The position numbers were made by a program, and so were the translations under genes. Shown here piece by piece: positions 25,418 through 26,125 of a stretch of 26,125 nucleotides of DNA. This DNA is from a virus (Duplodnaviria > Caudoviricetes): the IMG/VR virus record IMGVR_UViG_3300045953_000138, positions 1-26,125 of that record; one strand, 5' to 3'. A model generated the notes under the pieces. It did no database searches. It was not told where the DNA came from and saw only the letters and a program-made list of their open reading frames with translations. Within the stretch, counting starts at the first letter, position 1, and the number at the start of each line of letters is the position of its first letter.

Positions 25418-25938
25418 GTCCCCTCCTCGCGCCAGCCGCTCGCTTCCTCGATCCGCATCGCCAACAGCGCCAGCTCGTCGCGCAGCCGCGCGTCGGTCTC
25501 GCGCAGCTGAGCGATCCTGCGCCGGGCGTGCAGCACGGTGGTGTGGTCGCGCCCGCCGAAGGCGCGCCCGATATGCGGCAGCGAGTGGGTCGTCATGGTG
25601 CAGCAGAGATAGATCGCGACGTGACGCGGCCAGACCACCGCGCGGTCGCGCCGCTGCGCCAGCAATTCGGTCACCGGCAGGCGGTAGAAGCCCGCAACGA
25701 TGGCGCGGATCAGTTTGCAGGTCGGACGCGGCGCAAGGCTTTCGACGCCTGCGCCCGCCGCGATTTGTTCCGCGCGCTGCACCAGCCGATAGAGTTCAAG
25801 ATCGATGGGCTCAGGCGCTGTTTGCATCGGCTGTTCCGGTTTGGGCGGCGGCGGTTCGCCTTCCGGCGCCGGCGGCGCAAACCATCGGCGGCGGCGTTCG
25901 GTGTGCTCGTGGTGCAGGCGATCGAGCAGTTCGCCCAT
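25414..25938 (-). CDS. Protein with a DnaA domain IV (C-terminal HTH)
   Basis: RR...V.WPRHVAIYL......SLPHIGRAFGGRDHTTVLHA; no AAA+ domain. GGAGG RBS before ATG 25938. Confidence 0.85.
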   Translation of the reverse strand: MGELLDRLHHEHTERRRRWFAPPAPEGEPPPPKPEQPMQTAPEPIDLELYRLVQRAEQIAAGAGVESLAPRPTCKLIRAIVAGFYRLPVTELLAQRRDRAVVWPRHVAIYLCCTMTTHSLPHIGRAFGGRDHTTVLHARRRIAQLRETDARLRDELALLAMRIEEASGWREEGT

Positions 25939-26049
25939 GCGTTCGCCTCCCTCGCTTGCGCGGGCCGTCGTTTCTTCCTTCTCGCGTTCCAATTCCGAAA
26001 GGTGAGATCGGCTTGTCAGCGCCGCCTCTTGCCGGGCGGCTTGTTCAGT

Positions 26050-26125
26050 TCACGGCTTAGCCTCGTCGCTTAACCAGGGCGCGATCCATTCCGCCCAGTC
26101 CGCCATCAGAGTCCCGCAACCGATC
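26050..26125 (-). CDS. 3' end of a possible upstream ORF
   Basis: Open frame ...LMADWAEWIAPWLSDEAKP* entering from the window edge. Confidence 0.3.
   Translation of the reverse strand, partial: IGCGTLMADWAEWIAPWLSDEAKP

Noticed and set aside
25414-25992. Chromosomal dnaA
   Set aside because: Only domain IV is present, with no AAA+ domain, and the context is phage.

Overview
GC-rich phage/prophage segment, almost entirely on the minus strand, with the gene order of a T7/BPP-1-like podovirus and a probably alphaproteobacterial host. Reading right to left: a DnaA-C-terminal-domain protein, two adenine methyltransferases, a small plus-strand cassette with an orphan BrnA-type antitoxin, two DUF1376/YdaU-like replication genes, a putative late regulator, terS/terL, portal, scaffold, capsid, decoration proteins, tail tubular A/B and internal virion proteins. 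The main discovery lies at 19595-21126. A nuclease-less Nop-domain (IS110 C-terminal-like) gene is flanked on both sides by strictly 36-bp-periodic arrays (15 + 5 units) of two alternating 10-nt repeats separated by 8-nt variable spacers. This is the architecture of a TIGR-Tas (TasA-like) RNA-guided system. Other notable items: an ejection protein with two peptidoglycan hydrolase domains, an ART-like insert in another ejection protein, four CAA-bulged hairpins before the capsid gene, and a probable intragenic origin. All calls are made by eye, without database searches.
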